Positions 1 through 9,910 of a DNA stretch of 64,000 nt are shown piece after piece. Source of the stretch: Myxococcota bacterium (lineage in GTDB: Bacteria; Myxococcota_A; UBA796; CAJQPC01). Position 1 is the first letter of the stretch. Each line of letters begins with the position of its first letter. The stretch covers positions 32,001 to 96,000 of the forward strand of contig DASCPX010000014.1 in the NCBI GenBank assembly GCA_036012755.1, given 5' to 3'. Under the pieces are notes generated by a model. That model made no database searches. It was not told the origin of the DNA and was given only the letters and a program-made list of their open reading frames with translations. A program made the position numbers and the translations under genes.

Positions 1-945
1 GAGATCGCCGGGGGCTACCCGAGCTACCGGGTGGCCGACGGCTATGACCCGCGCTCCAGCGTCATCGCCATCTCCCGCCAAGGGGGGGTGACCTCTGCCG
101 TGGCCGTGCCCACCGGCTCGGGAATCCGTGGCACTTCGGCCTGGGTCGACCTCGCCGCCCAGACCCAGGCAGAGGCCCTCGTCGATACGGACGTCGCTCT
201 CCACACAGCCCTCGGCGCCCACGCTGCGGCCTCCCTCGGCACGCTCCGCATCCAGCTGGACGACGCGCGCACCTACGCCCGGGCCAAGAGCGCCTACGAC
301 CGGGACCAGCTGCGGGACCTCAGCCTGCCGATGGCCGACCTCCAAGCCCTCCAGCCGGTCCTGCGGGGAGACCTGCCGTTGGTGGTCCAGGCGGACCGGG
401 CCTCCGACATCGAGGCGCTGTTGCGCTTCGCTGACGAGCAGGAGATCCGGCTCGTGCTCCGCAGCGGCGCCGAAGCCTGGCTCATGGCAGATGAGCTCGC
501 AGCGGCCGAGGTCCCCGTGATCCTCGACCCGATGCTCTACGGTCCCCGCACCTTCGACCAGCTCCATGCCCGAGCTGACAACGCGGCGTTGCTGCACGCA
601 GCCGGGGTCGAGGTGATGTTCACGACCGGCTCCGCGCACAACAGCCGTGAGCTCCGCCACCTCGCCGGAAACGCGGTGCGCGAGGGTCTCCCGCACGAAG
701 CCGCCCTCGACGCGATCACCGCCGCTCCGGCGCGTGTCTTCGGTGTCGAGGACCGCGGCACCATCGAGGTCGGCCGCGTCGCGAACCTCGTGCTCTGGGA
801 CGGTGATCCGCTCGAAGTGACGACCCAGGCGACGTGGCTGATGATCGGCGGCAACGTGATCCCGCTCGAGTCTCGCCACACAGCCCTGCGAGACCGCTAT
901 CTGACACTGCCCGGCTCGCCGATCCCAGCCGTGGAGCTGGATTAG
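1..945 (+). CDS. Amidohydrolase family protein (5' partial)
   Basis: Frame is open from base 1. The C-terminus AITAAPARVFGVEDRGTIEVGRVANLVLWDGDPL is typical of metal-dependent amidohydrolases. Confidence 0.8.
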   Translation, partial: EIAGGYPSYRVADGYDPRSSVIAISRQGGVTSAVAVPTGSGIRGTSAWVDLAAQTQAEALVDTDVALHTALGAHAAASLGTLRIQLDDARTYARAKSAYDRDQLRDLSLPMADLQALQPVLRGDLPLVVQADRASDIEALLRFADEQEIRLVLRSGAEAWLMADELAAAEVPVILDPMLYGPRTFDQLHARADNAALLHAAGVEVMFTTGSAHNSRELRHLAGNAVREGLPHEAALDAITAAPARVFGVEDRGTIEVGRVANLVLWDGDPLEVTTQATWLMIGGNVIPLESRHTALRDRYLTLPGSPIPAVELD

Positions 946-954
946 GATCGGCTC

Positions 955-1884
955 GTGGAAGAGCGAGACGACGACAAGACCGAAGCCAACCCGATCAAGC
1001 GCCACTACGACCCCTCCCAAGAGGACCGAGAGGCCTTCCTGATCGTCCTGTCGGGAGCGTCCATCGGCAAGATGCACCGGCTGGCTGATGGAGAGAACAC
1101 GGTCGGGCGCAGCCGAAAGTGCAACGTAGTTCTCGAGGAGGAGGGCGTCTCGCGCATCCACGCCCGCGTCGAAGCCGATGACGACGGAGCGCGAATCGCC
1201 GACAACGGATCGACCAACGGCACCTTCGTCAACGGGCACAAGCTGGGAGCCGGAGAGCAGCCCACCTTGCGCGACGGCGATCGCATCATGCTGGGGGGCT
1301 CGATGGTCCTGCGCTTCAGCCTCCAGGACGAGCTCGACGAGTCCTTCCAGCAGCAGCTCTACGAGTCCGCCGTTCGAGACAACCTGACCGGCGCCTACAA
1401 CAAGCGGTACCTGCTCGAGCGCCTGGAGCAGGAGTTCAGCTACGCCGAGCGACACGGCACGCCCCTGTCCCTCATCGTGCTGGATCTCGACCACTTCAAG
1501 AAGGTCAACGACACCCACGGTCACGCCGCCGGCGACGAGGTGCTGCGGGCGGTCGCCGACGTCATCCAGGGTGCAGCCAGGGCAGAGGACATCTTCGCTC
1601 GCTACGGCGGTGAGGAGTTCGTGCTCATGCTGCGAGAGACCTCGCTCCACGACACGATGCGCTACGCTGAGCGGCTGCGCGTCCTCACCAGCGAGATCTC
1701 GGTCGTCTTCGCCGGGGTCAGCATCGAGATCACCTGCAGCCTGGGCGTCGCGAGCACCGACGGCGCCTGGTACAAGAGCGGCCGGCGCCTCTTCGTGAAG
1801 GCCGACCGCAACCTCTACCAGGCCAAGCAGTCAGGCCGGAACTGCATCTTCGGGCCGGAGCGCACCAAAAAGAGCGAGGACTGA
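955..1884 (+). CDS. FHA-domain diguanylate cyclase (FHA-GGDEF)
   Basis: FHA motifs GRS, SRIHA and DNGSTNGTFVNG. GGDEF motifs DLDHFKKVNDTHGH and RYGGEEF, with an RAED I-site. Confidence 0.92.
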   Translation: MEERDDDKTEANPIKRHYDPSQEDREAFLIVLSGASIGKMHRLADGENTVGRSRKCNVVLEEEGVSRIHARVEADDDGARIADNGSTNGTFVNGHKLGAGEQPTLRDGDRIMLGGSMVLRFSLQDELDESFQQQLYESAVRDNLTGAYNKRYLLERLEQEFSYAERHGTPLSLIVLDLDHFKKVNDTHGHAAGDEVLRAVADVIQGAARAEDIFARYGGEEFVLMLRETSLHDTMRYAERLRVLTSEISVVFAGVSIEITCSLGVASTDGAWYKSGRRLFVKADRNLYQAKQSGRNCIFGPERTKKSED

Positions 1885-1885
1885 G

Positions 1886-2473
1886 CTACCACCAGGCCTG
1901 AGACGCGATCCAGACCTGTCGGAGGTGCTCTCGCTCGACGCCCTCGACGCCCATCTTGTCGAGCACGGCCTGGACCTCGCCGTACTGCTCTGGCGCGCCG
2001 AGGCCATAGCGCGCGGTGAGGATGCCTCGCTGGCGGTCGAAGACGCGCCAGGCGGCCATGGAGAGGACCTCGTCGAGCATCGCGATGCGCATGCGCTGGG
2101 CGCACTCGCCGACCACGCGCGCCATCTCCCGCTCGTAGGACTCGCCGAAGTCCTCTGTCCCCCAGGCGGGATCGCGAGAGTACTCGTCCTCTTCCTGGTC
2201 GACGACGACGGCCTTGAAGAGGCTACGACCGAGCTCGCGCAGCGTGACCACGGTCCAGGCGAGGATCTCGTGCGCCACGCGGAACTGCCCGGAGAGCACG
2301 TGCTCCTTGGTCGTGGCGTTCCACTCGCTGAAGAAGCCGCCCGATTCGAGGCGAACGACCGGACATCCCGCGAGCTCGCACGCCACGGCGCACTCCTCGA
2401 ACTCGGCGCCCCAAACGTGGACCGCGGACGCCTCTGGATCGCTCCGGCGGATCTGCGGGACCCGGCTGATCAT
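1886..2473 (-). CDS. Hypothetical protein (195 aa)
   Basis: Protein-like composition, GGAGG upstream of the ATG, fills the gap between flanking genes. Confidence 0.65.
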   Translation of the reverse strand: MISRVPQIRRSDPEASAVHVWGAEFEECAVACELAGCPVVRLESGGFFSEWNATTKEHVLSGQFRVAHEILAWTVVTLRELGRSLFKAVVVDQEEDEYSRDPAWGTEDFGESYEREMARVVGECAQRMRIAMLDEVLSMAAWRVFDRQRGILTARYGLGAPEQYGEVQAVLDKMGVEGVEREHLRQVWIASQAWW

Positions 2474-2508
2474 CCCTACCTCCGAGGGGGAGTGTCACAC
2501 ACCGGGGC

Positions 2509-2514
2509 TATCCT
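2509..2514 (+). promoter_or_regulatory. Putative -10 hexamer TATCCT, 6 nt before GTG 2521 (leaderless-type)
   Basis: Member of the recurrent TANNNT-N5-7-start motif. Confidence 0.45.
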
Positions 2515-2520
2515 TGGGCG

Positions 2521-3234
2521 GTGCAGCTTCAGGTCGTGATCCTCTGCGGCGGCTACGGCACGCGGATGGGCACCGCGGGCGGCAGGGTCCCGAAGCCGAT
2601 GCTCAGCGTCGGAGACCAACCTCTGCTGTGGCACGTGATGCGCTGCTACGCGGACCAGGGACACCGGCGCTTCGTCCTCTGCACGGGCTACCTCGGAGGC
2701 GTGATCGACAACTGGTTCGCGGCGCATCGGCCCTTGGACTGGGAGGTCAGGATCCTGGACACCGGCCTCGACACTTCGACAGGTGGCAGGCTCCTCCTGG
2801 CGCGCCCAGCCCTCGATGAGGATCGGAGCTTCTTCTTCACCTATGGCGACGGGGTCGCGGACGTCGATCTGGCCGCCCTGTACGCCCATCACAGGAGTGA
2901 AAGCCGGCTCGCCACGGTGACCGCGCTGAGGCCGACCTCGCGCTTCGGCATCCTCGACCTCAGCGGTGGACGGGTCACACGCTTCCGCGAGAAACCACAG
3001 CTGGACGACTACGTCAGCGGGGGCTTCTTCGTCTTCGAGCCCGGTGCCTTCGACTACATGAACGCGAGCGAGCCGCTGGAGAACGGCGCCCTCGGCCGCC
3101 TCGCAGAGGCCGGGCAGCTCTCCGCCTATCGCCACGAAGGCTTCTGGCTCTCCGTCGACACTCCCCGGGATCTCACCGAGATCAACCGCATCCACGACCA
3201 CGGAGGTGCCCCATGGCTCGTCGCGTCCTCGTGA
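2521..3234 (+). CDS. Sugar-1-phosphate nucleotidyltransferase, glucose-1-phosphate cytidylyltransferase (RfbF)-like
   Basis: VILCGGYGTRM, PKPM, DTGLDTSTGGRL, TYGDGVADVD, FREKP and HEGFWLSVDTPRD motifs. Confidence 0.85.
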   Translation: MQLQVVILCGGYGTRMGTAGGRVPKPMLSVGDQPLLWHVMRCYADQGHRRFVLCTGYLGGVIDNWFAAHRPLDWEVRILDTGLDTSTGGRLLLARPALDEDRSFFFTYGDGVADVDLAALYAHHRSESRLATVTALRPTSRFGILDLSGGRVTRFREKPQLDDYVSGGFFVFEPGAFDYMNASEPLENGALGRLAEAGQLSAYRHEGFWLSVDTPRDLTEINRIHDHGGAPWLVASS

Positions 3235-4148
3235 GCGGAGCCGCCGGACTGCTCGGCGCCGCCTGTGTGGATCGACTGCTGGCTCGCGGCGACGAGGTCA
3301 TCGCACTCGTCCGTGATCGGGATCCGCGCAGCCGCTTCTACCGCAGCGGGCACCTCGATCGAGCCATCGAGGTCCGCAGCGAGCTCGCCTCGGCGCAACG
3401 CCTCGTCGCCGAGTACCAGCCCACCCACGTCCTCCACCTCGCCGCCCAGACACAGGTCACCACCGCGAACCGCACCGCCCTGTCGACCTTCGAGTCCAAC
3501 GTGCGCGGCACCTGGCTCCTGCTCGAGCACTGCCGGGACGTCGAGGGCATCGTGGTCGCCTCCTCTGACAAGGCCTACGGCGCCGCGGCGACTCCCACGA
3601 ACGAGTCTGCCGCCTTGGACCCCAGCGCACCCTACGACGTGAGCAAGGCCTGCACGGACCTCATCGCCCGCAGCTACGGCGTCCACTTCCGCCGCCCGGT
3701 CGTGGTGACGCGCTGCGGGAACCTCTACGGTCCGGGCGACCTGAACATGGACCGGCTGGTGCCCGGCATCTCGATGCAGCTCGCCCGTCGCGAGGTCCCT
3801 GTGCTGCGCTCGACGGGCACCATGACCCGGGACTGGACCTACGTGGACGACGCCGCGGAGGCCACGCTGATGCTCCTGGACCGCGCGGCGGAGCACCGCG
3901 GCGAGGCCTTCAACATCGCCAGCGGGGAGAACGCCAGCGTGCTCGACATCGTGGGGCGACTGCGGGCGCTGGCTGGCGGCGGAGAGGAGCCGGCCATCGC
4001 CGCGGAGGATCCCAGGGGCGAGATCGCCCACCAGGCCCTCGACACCGCCAAGATCCAGGCCCTGGGCTGGCGAGCTCGGATCGGCCTCGACGAGGGGCTC
4101 GCCCGGAGCTTCGCCTGGTACCGCGACCTCGCCGCCGACACGGCCTGA
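3213..4148 (+). CDS. NAD-dependent epimerase/dehydratase, CDP-glucose 4,6-dehydratase (RfbG)-like
   Basis: GAAGLLG Rossmann motif, HLAAQ, ASSDKAYG, YDVSK (YxxxK), RCGNLYGPGD; overlaps the RfbF-like gene. Confidence 0.82.
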   Translation: MARRVLVSGAAGLLGAACVDRLLARGDEVIALVRDRDPRSRFYRSGHLDRAIEVRSELASAQRLVAEYQPTHVLHLAAQTQVTTANRTALSTFESNVRGTWLLLEHCRDVEGIVVASSDKAYGAAATPTNESAALDPSAPYDVSKACTDLIARSYGVHFRRPVVVTRCGNLYGPGDLNMDRLVPGISMQLARREVPVLRSTGTMTRDWTYVDDAAEATLMLLDRAAEHRGEAFNIASGENASVLDIVGRLRALAGGGEEPAIAAEDPRGEIAHQALDTAKIQALGWRARIGLDEGLARSFAWYRDLAADTA

Positions 4149-4154
4149 GGGGGC

Positions 4155-5555
4155 ATGCGCGTCCTGCTCGTGAACCCCACGATGGGGGACTACTACCAGC
4201 ACTCGAAAGTGAAGGCCGCGATCACGCTCTCGCCGCCACTGAACCTCGCGCTGTTGGCCGGGAACCTCGAGCGCCATGGCCACACCGCGACGATCTGGGA
4301 CCTCGATGCCGAGCGCCTCGCAGCCGAGCCGGATGGCGCCTTGGAAGCCCGGCTCGGGGCAGAGAGCCCGGACATCATCGGCGTCACCTTCCGGACACCG
4401 CTCTTCCCCCAAGCCCGCCGCATCGCAGAGCTGGCCCGAAAAGTCTGCCCCTCCGCGCTGCTGGTCGCTGGAGGCGTGCACCCCTCCACCCGCCCCGACG
4501 AGGTCCTCGAGGCCGCCCCCTTCGACGTCGCGGTTCGCGGCGAGGGCGACGACAGCATCGTGCAGCTCGTCGATGGTGACAGCTACGAGGAGATCGGAGG
4601 CCTGTCCTGGCGCGGCGGACGCACCGACGACCGGCCGCCCATCCAGGAGCTGGACGCGCTGGCCTTCGGCGCCTGGAACCAGTTCGACCTGTCTCGCTAC
4701 AGCCGGAGCTCGCTCGTCGCCCACACCGCGCCGGTCGCCGACCTCGAGTTCTCCCGAGGATGCCGGGCCCGTTGCGTCTACTGCACGAAGGGTGTCTTCG
4801 GCAGCGACTGGCGAAGCAAGAGCCCGGAGCGCTTCGTCGACGAGCTGGAGCACGCAAAGGCCCACGGTTTCCGGGGCTTCAACCTCGTCGACGACTCCTT
4901 CACGACCATCACCTCCCGAGCCATCGCCACCTGCGAGGAGATGCTGCGGCGCGACGTGGATTTGCCCTGGACCTGCACCAACGGCATCCGGGTCGGGAAC
5001 GTGAACGAGGAGTTCTTCCGCGTGGCCCGCAGGGCGGGCTGCTACCTCCTCGCCTTCGGCTTCGAGAGCGGCAGCGACGCCGTGCTCAAGCGCATCAAGA
5101 AAGGCGCCACCGTCAGCCAGGCGCGCCGCGCCGTCGGCTGGGCCCGCAAGTACGGCTTCACCATCCTCGGCTACTTCATGGTCGGGCTCCCCGGCGAGAC
5201 CGAGGAGACCATCCGAGAGACCGCCGAGTTCGCCGCCTCGCTCGACGTGGACTTCGCGAAGTTCAGCATCACGATGCCCCTGCCCGGCACCCCCCTGTAC
5301 GAGGAGTGGGCTGGCAGCATCCGAGATCCTCGGAAGTACGACTTCAGCATCCACCAGCCCGACAACGGGCTCTACGACCACCCCGACTTCACCTGGCCCG
5401 AGCTCGAGGCCCACACCAAGGCGGCCTACCGCACCTTCTATGGGCGGCCCCGCTATGTCGCGAGGCGCCTGCTCCGGAGCCTTCGGAGCGGCCAGCTCCG
5501 GCGGGAGGCGCTCTACGCACTCGGCATCGGCTACGGCGGGCTGCTCCGGCGCTGA
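4155..5555 (+). CDS. Cobalamin (B12)-binding radical SAM protein
   Basis: N-terminal B12-binding region (PPLNLALLAG, GGVHPS, VRGEGD), SRGCRARCVYC, GFESGS, MVGLPGET, PLPGTPLY. Confidence 0.9.
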   Translation: MRVLLVNPTMGDYYQHSKVKAAITLSPPLNLALLAGNLERHGHTATIWDLDAERLAAEPDGALEARLGAESPDIIGVTFRTPLFPQARRIAELARKVCPSALLVAGGVHPSTRPDEVLEAAPFDVAVRGEGDDSIVQLVDGDSYEEIGGLSWRGGRTDDRPPIQELDALAFGAWNQFDLSRYSRSSLVAHTAPVADLEFSRGCRARCVYCTKGVFGSDWRSKSPERFVDELEHAKAHGFRGFNLVDDSFTTITSRAIATCEEMLRRDVDLPWTCTNGIRVGNVNEEFFRVARRAGCYLLAFGFESGSDAVLKRIKKGATVSQARRAVGWARKYGFTILGYFMVGLPGETEETIRETAEFAASLDVDFAKFSITMPLPGTPLYEEWAGSIRDPRKYDFSIHQPDNGLYDHPDFTWPELEAHTKAAYRTFYGRPRYVARRLLRSLRSGQLRREALYALGIGYGGLLRR

Positions 5556-6739
5556 CGCCGCCAGAGGACCAGGAGCCCGAGCAGCCACGCGCCGCCAAGG
5601 GGAACCGCACCGCAGCCTCCCCCTTCTGCGGTTGGCTCGATGACCTCTACAGTCACCTCGGCGACGGTGCTCTGCGGAGGATCGCCGTCGTCGGTGACCT
5701 TCACCCGCAGGACCTCCTCACCAGAGCTGGCCGGCCGCACGATGACCGTCCCGTCGTCCTCGACGAAGGCCTCGCCGAGCTCGCTGGCCTCGATCAGCGC
5801 GTAGCTGTGGGCGTCCTCTGAGTCGGGGTCGTTCGGGACCACCCTGGTGCGCGCCATGCTGCCAGCGACCACGACGATGTTGCCCCACACCGGCTCGGGG
5901 GCGCGGTTGTCGTCGGAGCCGCCGCCGTCGTCGTCGTCGTCATCGGGACCCGGGTCGTCGTCCCCGTCACAGTCTGGCGCTGGCATGCTGCGTCCGGTCT
6001 TCTCCTCGATCCAGTCGACGACATAGTCCGGTCGTCCCCAGATGCCGCCCTCCTCGCAGGGTGCGTAGACGTTTGCATAGGAGCGCGAGGTGACACCGAC
6101 GAGGTAGTGGCCTTCCGGCGTGAGCAGGTAGAGCGGGCCGCCCGAGTCGCCATAGCAGGCGTCCACACCCTCGCCACCAGCCGCGATCTCGCCACCCGGG
6201 CTGACGGCGTAGTTGCAGCCGCGCCACATGTCCGTGCAGTCATGGTCGGCGACGGTCGAGGTCGCCTCCATCAGCGTCGAGGTGTACACCGTGCCCCAGA
6301 TGTCCGTCGCGCCGTAGCCGACGATCTGCACGTCCGCGCCGTCGGCGAGGTAGGTGTCGAGGATGCAGTCCTGCGCGATGACGCGCGGTTCGATGGTCGT
6401 CTCCTCCTCCAGGACGAGGACGGCGACATCCACGGTCCCCCAGCTGTTGGAGTACTCGTGGCTGCTGCGGACCCGGATCTTCTCCCCGTTGTTGTAGTAG
6501 TTCGTCGAGTCGAGGATGACGTGGGTGATGCCACCGACGCAGTGGCCAGCCGTGATGACGACGTCCGGGGCGATCAGGGTGCCGGTGCATCCGACGGAGT
6601 TCCCGTTGAACACGATGGCCGCGGTGTCGGGCCACTTGCCAGCTGGCGCCGCTCCCCCTCCGACCACGGGTGGAGGGGCTGTGAGGCCGGTGTCATCTGC
6701 AAGGCCAAGGCTGCAGATCAGCGACAGGATCACGGACAA
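5531..6739 (-). CDS. Secreted trypsin-like (S1) serine protease with MYXO-CTERM-like anchor
   Basis: VVGG mature N-terminus, TAGHC, DVAVL, CYGDSGGP; C-terminus GGGCGAVPLGGAWLLGLLVLWRRQRR. Confidence 0.9.
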   Translation of the reverse strand: MSVILSLICSLGLADDTGLTAPPPVVGGGAAPAGKWPDTAAIVFNGNSVGCTGTLIAPDVVITAGHCVGGITHVILDSTNYYNNGEKIRVRSSHEYSNSWGTVDVAVLVLEEETTIEPRVIAQDCILDTYLADGADVQIVGYGATDIWGTVYTSTLMEATSTVADHDCTDMWRGCNYAVSPGGEIAAGGEGVDACYGDSGGPLYLLTPEGHYLVGVTSRSYANVYAPCEEGGIWGRPDYVVDWIEEKTGRSMPAPDCDGDDDPGPDDDDDDGGGSDDNRAPEPVWGNIVVVAGSMARTRVVPNDPDSEDAHSYALIEASELGEAFVEDDGTVIVRPASSGEEVLRVKVTDDGDPPQSTVAEVTVEVIEPTAEGGGCGAVPLGGAWLLGLLVLWRRQRRSSPP

Positions 6740-6761
6740 TCCGTCGGTACCGGGCGCAGCA

Positions 6762-6791
6762 TTACACGGAGCCTGCGCCTCGACATGTCAA
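6762..6791 (-). promoter_or_regulatory. Possible sigma70-like promoter in the AT-rich divergent intergenic region
   Basis: Minus-strand TTGACA (6791-6786) and TGTAAT 19 nt downstream, which is long spacing. A TGTC-N7-GACA inverted repeat lies at 6786-6800. Confidence 0.25.
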
Positions 6792-6848
6792 AAGTAGACA
6801 AGGTGTATACGCCGGAATCGGGATATCTCCCAGGTGTTGGAGATCCCG

Positions 6849-8417
6849 ATGAAAGCTCGTCACCTGCTGAGTCTCGCCACCCTGGGACTGGCCGCCTGGG
6901 CCTTTCGGGCGGAGGCCACCGCCCCCGCTGGACACCCCCTCCTGCTCATCGGCTTCGATGGTGGGGAGTGGTCGGTCATCGAGGACCTCTGGACCCGGGG
7001 CGAGCTGCCCAACCTCCAGCGCCTGGCGAACGAGGGCGTCCGGGCCCCGCTGGAGACCGAGTACGGCTGGTCACCGGTCATCTGGACGACCGTCGCGACG
7101 GGCCACGTCCCCGACGTCCACGGGATCACCGGCTTCGTCGTGGCGACGGACGACGGAGACGTCCCGGTGAGCTCCGAGATGCGGAAGGTCCCGGCGATCT
7201 GGAACATCACCTCCGCCGCCGACATGAGGACCAACCTCGTCGGCTGGTGGGGCAGCTGGCCGCCGGAGTCCGTCAATGGCGTGAACATCAGCGAGCGCTG
7301 CCAGTCCGATGTCCCCGACTGCGCAACACCGCTGGACTGGAACGCCTCCGTCGAGGGCAGCATCGGGGCGCTGAACACAGCCCACATGCAGCTCTGGCCG
7401 GGCAAGGCGAACTTCGCGCCAGAGGACCGGGTGACCACCGAGTGGGCGCCGCGCCTGGCAAAGGACTTCGACTTCATGGCGATGTACGTCCACGGGACGG
7501 ACCCCAACTCGCACAAGTACTGGCAGTACTTCCGACCGGGCGACTTCGACAGCGAGCCCGATCCGGAGAGGCTCGCCAAGCACCAGGACAAGATCCCGCG
7601 GGCCTATCGCAGCTTCGACACGGTCGTGGGTCGGGTGCTCGAGAGCGCCGGAGACGACGTCAACGTCATCATCGTCAGCGACCACGGCTTCCACGCCCTC
7701 GACGATGTCACGGTCAAGGTCACCTTCGACCTGGACAAGCTCCTGGTGCACCTCGGCTACGCCACCTACACGGACGGGACCATCGATGTCGGCCAGTCCC
7801 AGATGTGGACCTACGGCTCGGCGCTGAACGAAGCGCGCAAGCGCGTCCGCATCAGCATGGAGGGTCGCGACCCGGGGGGCACCCACACAGACGAGACAGC
7901 CGCGGCGCTGCGCGCGGAGCTCGAGGCGAGGCTCGCCACGATCACCTACACCGGCGGCGAGCCGGCCTTCACCATCGAGGACGCCAGCCCTCGCGACCAG
8001 CAGCGCGGCGGAGACTTCGTCATCTCGACCAACGAGGTCGGCGTCAGCAAGGCGCTGCTGATCGACGGAGAGAAGACGAAGGGCATCATCGCGGGCTGGG
8101 TAGAGAACAGCGGCGGCCACTCCGGCGACCCGGCCGGCGTGTTCATCGCTCATGGGCCCGACATCGACCCGGCCGCCGACATGAGCGGCATCCGCATCCA
8201 CGACGTGACCCCGACCCTGCTGTACGGGCTGGGGCTCCCGGTGGGCGAGGACATGGAGGGCGAGCCCTTCACGAAGCTCTTCAGCGCGAAGTTCCAGGCA
8301 GACAACCCGCTCCAGACCGTGAACACCTACGGCGAGCGCACATCGAGCACGGCGACCTCGACGGCCGAGGACGCGGCGATGATCCGGCAGCTGAGGCAGC
8401 TGGGCTACATGGAGTAG
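6849..8417 (+). CDS. Alkaline phosphatase superfamily protein (nucleotide pyrophosphatase/phosphodiesterase or sulfatase-like), secreted
   Basis: Signal peptide, LLIGFDGGEW, SPVIWTTVATG, IVSDHGF, HDVTPTLLYGLGLP, C-terminal QLRQLGY; GGAG before ATG 6849. Confidence 0.82.
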   Translation: MKARHLLSLATLGLAAWAFRAEATAPAGHPLLLIGFDGGEWSVIEDLWTRGELPNLQRLANEGVRAPLETEYGWSPVIWTTVATGHVPDVHGITGFVVATDDGDVPVSSEMRKVPAIWNITSAADMRTNLVGWWGSWPPESVNGVNISERCQSDVPDCATPLDWNASVEGSIGALNTAHMQLWPGKANFAPEDRVTTEWAPRLAKDFDFMAMYVHGTDPNSHKYWQYFRPGDFDSEPDPERLAKHQDKIPRAYRSFDTVVGRVLESAGDDVNVIIVSDHGFHALDDVTVKVTFDLDKLLVHLGYATYTDGTIDVGQSQMWTYGSALNEARKRVRISMEGRDPGGTHTDETAAALRAELEARLATITYTGGEPAFTIEDASPRDQQRGGDFVISTNEVGVSKALLIDGEKTKGIIAGWVENSGGHSGDPAGVFIAHGPDIDPAADMSGIRIHDVTPTLLYGLGLPVGEDMEGEPFTKLFSAKFQADNPLQTVNTYGERTSSTATSTAEDAAMIRQLRQLGYME

Positions 8418-8426
8418 GGTCCTCGA

Positions 8427-9107
8427 GTGTTCGACCTCCAGAAGACCCACCAGCTCGCTCAGCTCTTGAGCCAACCGCAGGACGCTCGGACCGCGGAGTG
8501 GCTCGGGAGCCTCCAGGACGTGGTGCTCGAGGCCAGCCTTGCCGCACGCGACCCCCAGGTGATCCAGGGGCCGGACGGCTTCCCATACTTCGCGCTGGAC
8601 CTCCCACCAGAGGCCAAGGAGTTCACGGCCTTCTGCGTGGCGCACATCCTGGAGCACTGCACCGATCGAGGGTTCGGGATCGTGCTCGAGCCGAACCGCA
8701 CCCCCCCGGGCTGGGTCTTCACCTACGGCACCCTGTGGTCGCTGCGCGCGCGAGGCAGGTTCCTGTGGGACGACACGCCCAGCGGCGTCCAGACGGAGAC
8801 GCTGGCAGCGGGCGAGGAGCGCCAGGTCCTGGTCGGCGCGCCGGACGAGACCCTGGTGCCGCCCTGGGCGCGGGCGACGCTGCGGCGCTACCTGCAGGCC
8901 TGCGGCGTCGAGACACCCATGTTCTCGCTGGTGATGGACTCGACACGCGAGCCCACCCAGAACCTTGTGTTCAACGTCGAGCCCACCGCCTTCGCGGAGC
9001 GCGGCCACTTCGACGCCTTCATGCAGCGCTTGACCTGGTTCGTGCCTCCCTACCTGCCGGTCCTCTACATCGGAGGCGACGAGGTCTCGGTACGCTTCGT
9101 GATCTGA
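8427..9107 (+). CDS. Hypothetical protein (226 aa), weak SseB-like appearance
   Basis: GC3-rich ORF co-oriented with neighbours. The family guess rests only on the GPDGFPYF, GIVLEP and QVLVGAP segments. Confidence 0.7.
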   Translation: MFDLQKTHQLAQLLSQPQDARTAEWLGSLQDVVLEASLAARDPQVIQGPDGFPYFALDLPPEAKEFTAFCVAHILEHCTDRGFGIVLEPNRTPPGWVFTYGTLWSLRARGRFLWDDTPSGVQTETLAAGEERQVLVGAPDETLVPPWARATLRRYLQACGVETPMFSLVMDSTREPTQNLVFNVEPTAFAERGHFDAFMQRLTWFVPPYLPVLYIGGDEVSVRFVI

Positions 9108-9162
9108 GGCGGGGGAGTCGCCGGACCTCCCCGGCGGTGCCGTCACGTGTCAGGCTGCCTCC

Positions 9163-9866
9163 ATGTCCACCTGGAAGGAGCACGTCCACCCACACGGAGA
9201 CCTCGTCGAGCTGGCCGAGGGCCTGTGGACCGTGACGGGCTCGCTGCCCAGATCGGGCCTGCCACGGAACATGGTGCTGTACCGGCTGCGCGACGGCGGG
9301 TTGTTGATCCACAGCGCCGTGGCGCTCGACGATCGTCGCCTGAAAGAGCTGGAAGGGCTCGGACCTCCATGGATCCTGGTGGTCCCGAACTCGATGCACA
9401 GAGCCGACGCTGCTGTCTGGAGACAGCGCTTCCCAGAGATGAAGGTCTGCTGTCCGCCCGCTGCCCGCCAGGCTGTGAGCAAGGTCGTCGAGGTGGACGA
9501 GATCGACGCGGACCTCCTCGCCGAAGAGGGCATCACCTGTCACGGCCCGACCGGAGAGTGGGAGCACGTCTACGAGCTACCGCTGGTCTCCGGCGTAGCC
9601 CTCTGCTGCACCGACCTCCTCTTCAACATCGAGGAGCACCTGCCCGGCGTCGCGGGCTTCATCGCCCAGCACGTCACAGCCAGCACCGGGTTCTTCGGCG
9701 TCACCAGACTCGGCCGACTCTTCATGTGGGCAAGACCGATGCCCTTCGAGGATGGCTGGAGGAGCAGGGCAAGCGGGATGACGTCCGCGTGATCACGGTC
9801 GCTCACGGAACACCGATCACCAAGGACGCCGGAGCCCGCCTGATCGAAGCCGCACAACGGCTCTGA
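9163..9866 (+). CDS. DUF4336-like metallo-beta-lactamase-fold protein, apparent 1-nt deletion at about 9727-9730
   Basis: RNMVLYRLRDGGLLIHSAVAL and LVVPNSMH in the first frame. The expected C-terminus GKTDALRGWL...ITVAHGTPI...AAQRL lies in the -1 frame, ending at 9866. Confidence 0.72.
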
Positions 9867-9898
9867 TCCGTCCCACGGTTCGCCGCAGAGCCCGCTGG

Positions 9899-9904
9899 TA
9901 CAGT
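9899..9904 (+). promoter_or_regulatory. Putative -10 hexamer TACAGT, 6 nt before ATG 9911
   Basis: Recurrent motif; no SD sequence seen. Confidence 0.45.
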
Positions 9905-9910
9905 CCGGGC

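Noticed and set aside
9110..9133. GC-rich hairpin after the 8427 gene as an intrinsic terminator
   Set aside because: Imperfect stem with no U-tract; such stems arise by chance at this GC content.
6107..9235. 1042-aa plus-strand ORF and similar long ORFs (3126-5588, 12022-15084, 7071-9146, 40711-42852)
   Set aside because: Arg/Pro/Gly-rich or antisense shadow frames over genes with clear motifs; expected in high-GC DNA.
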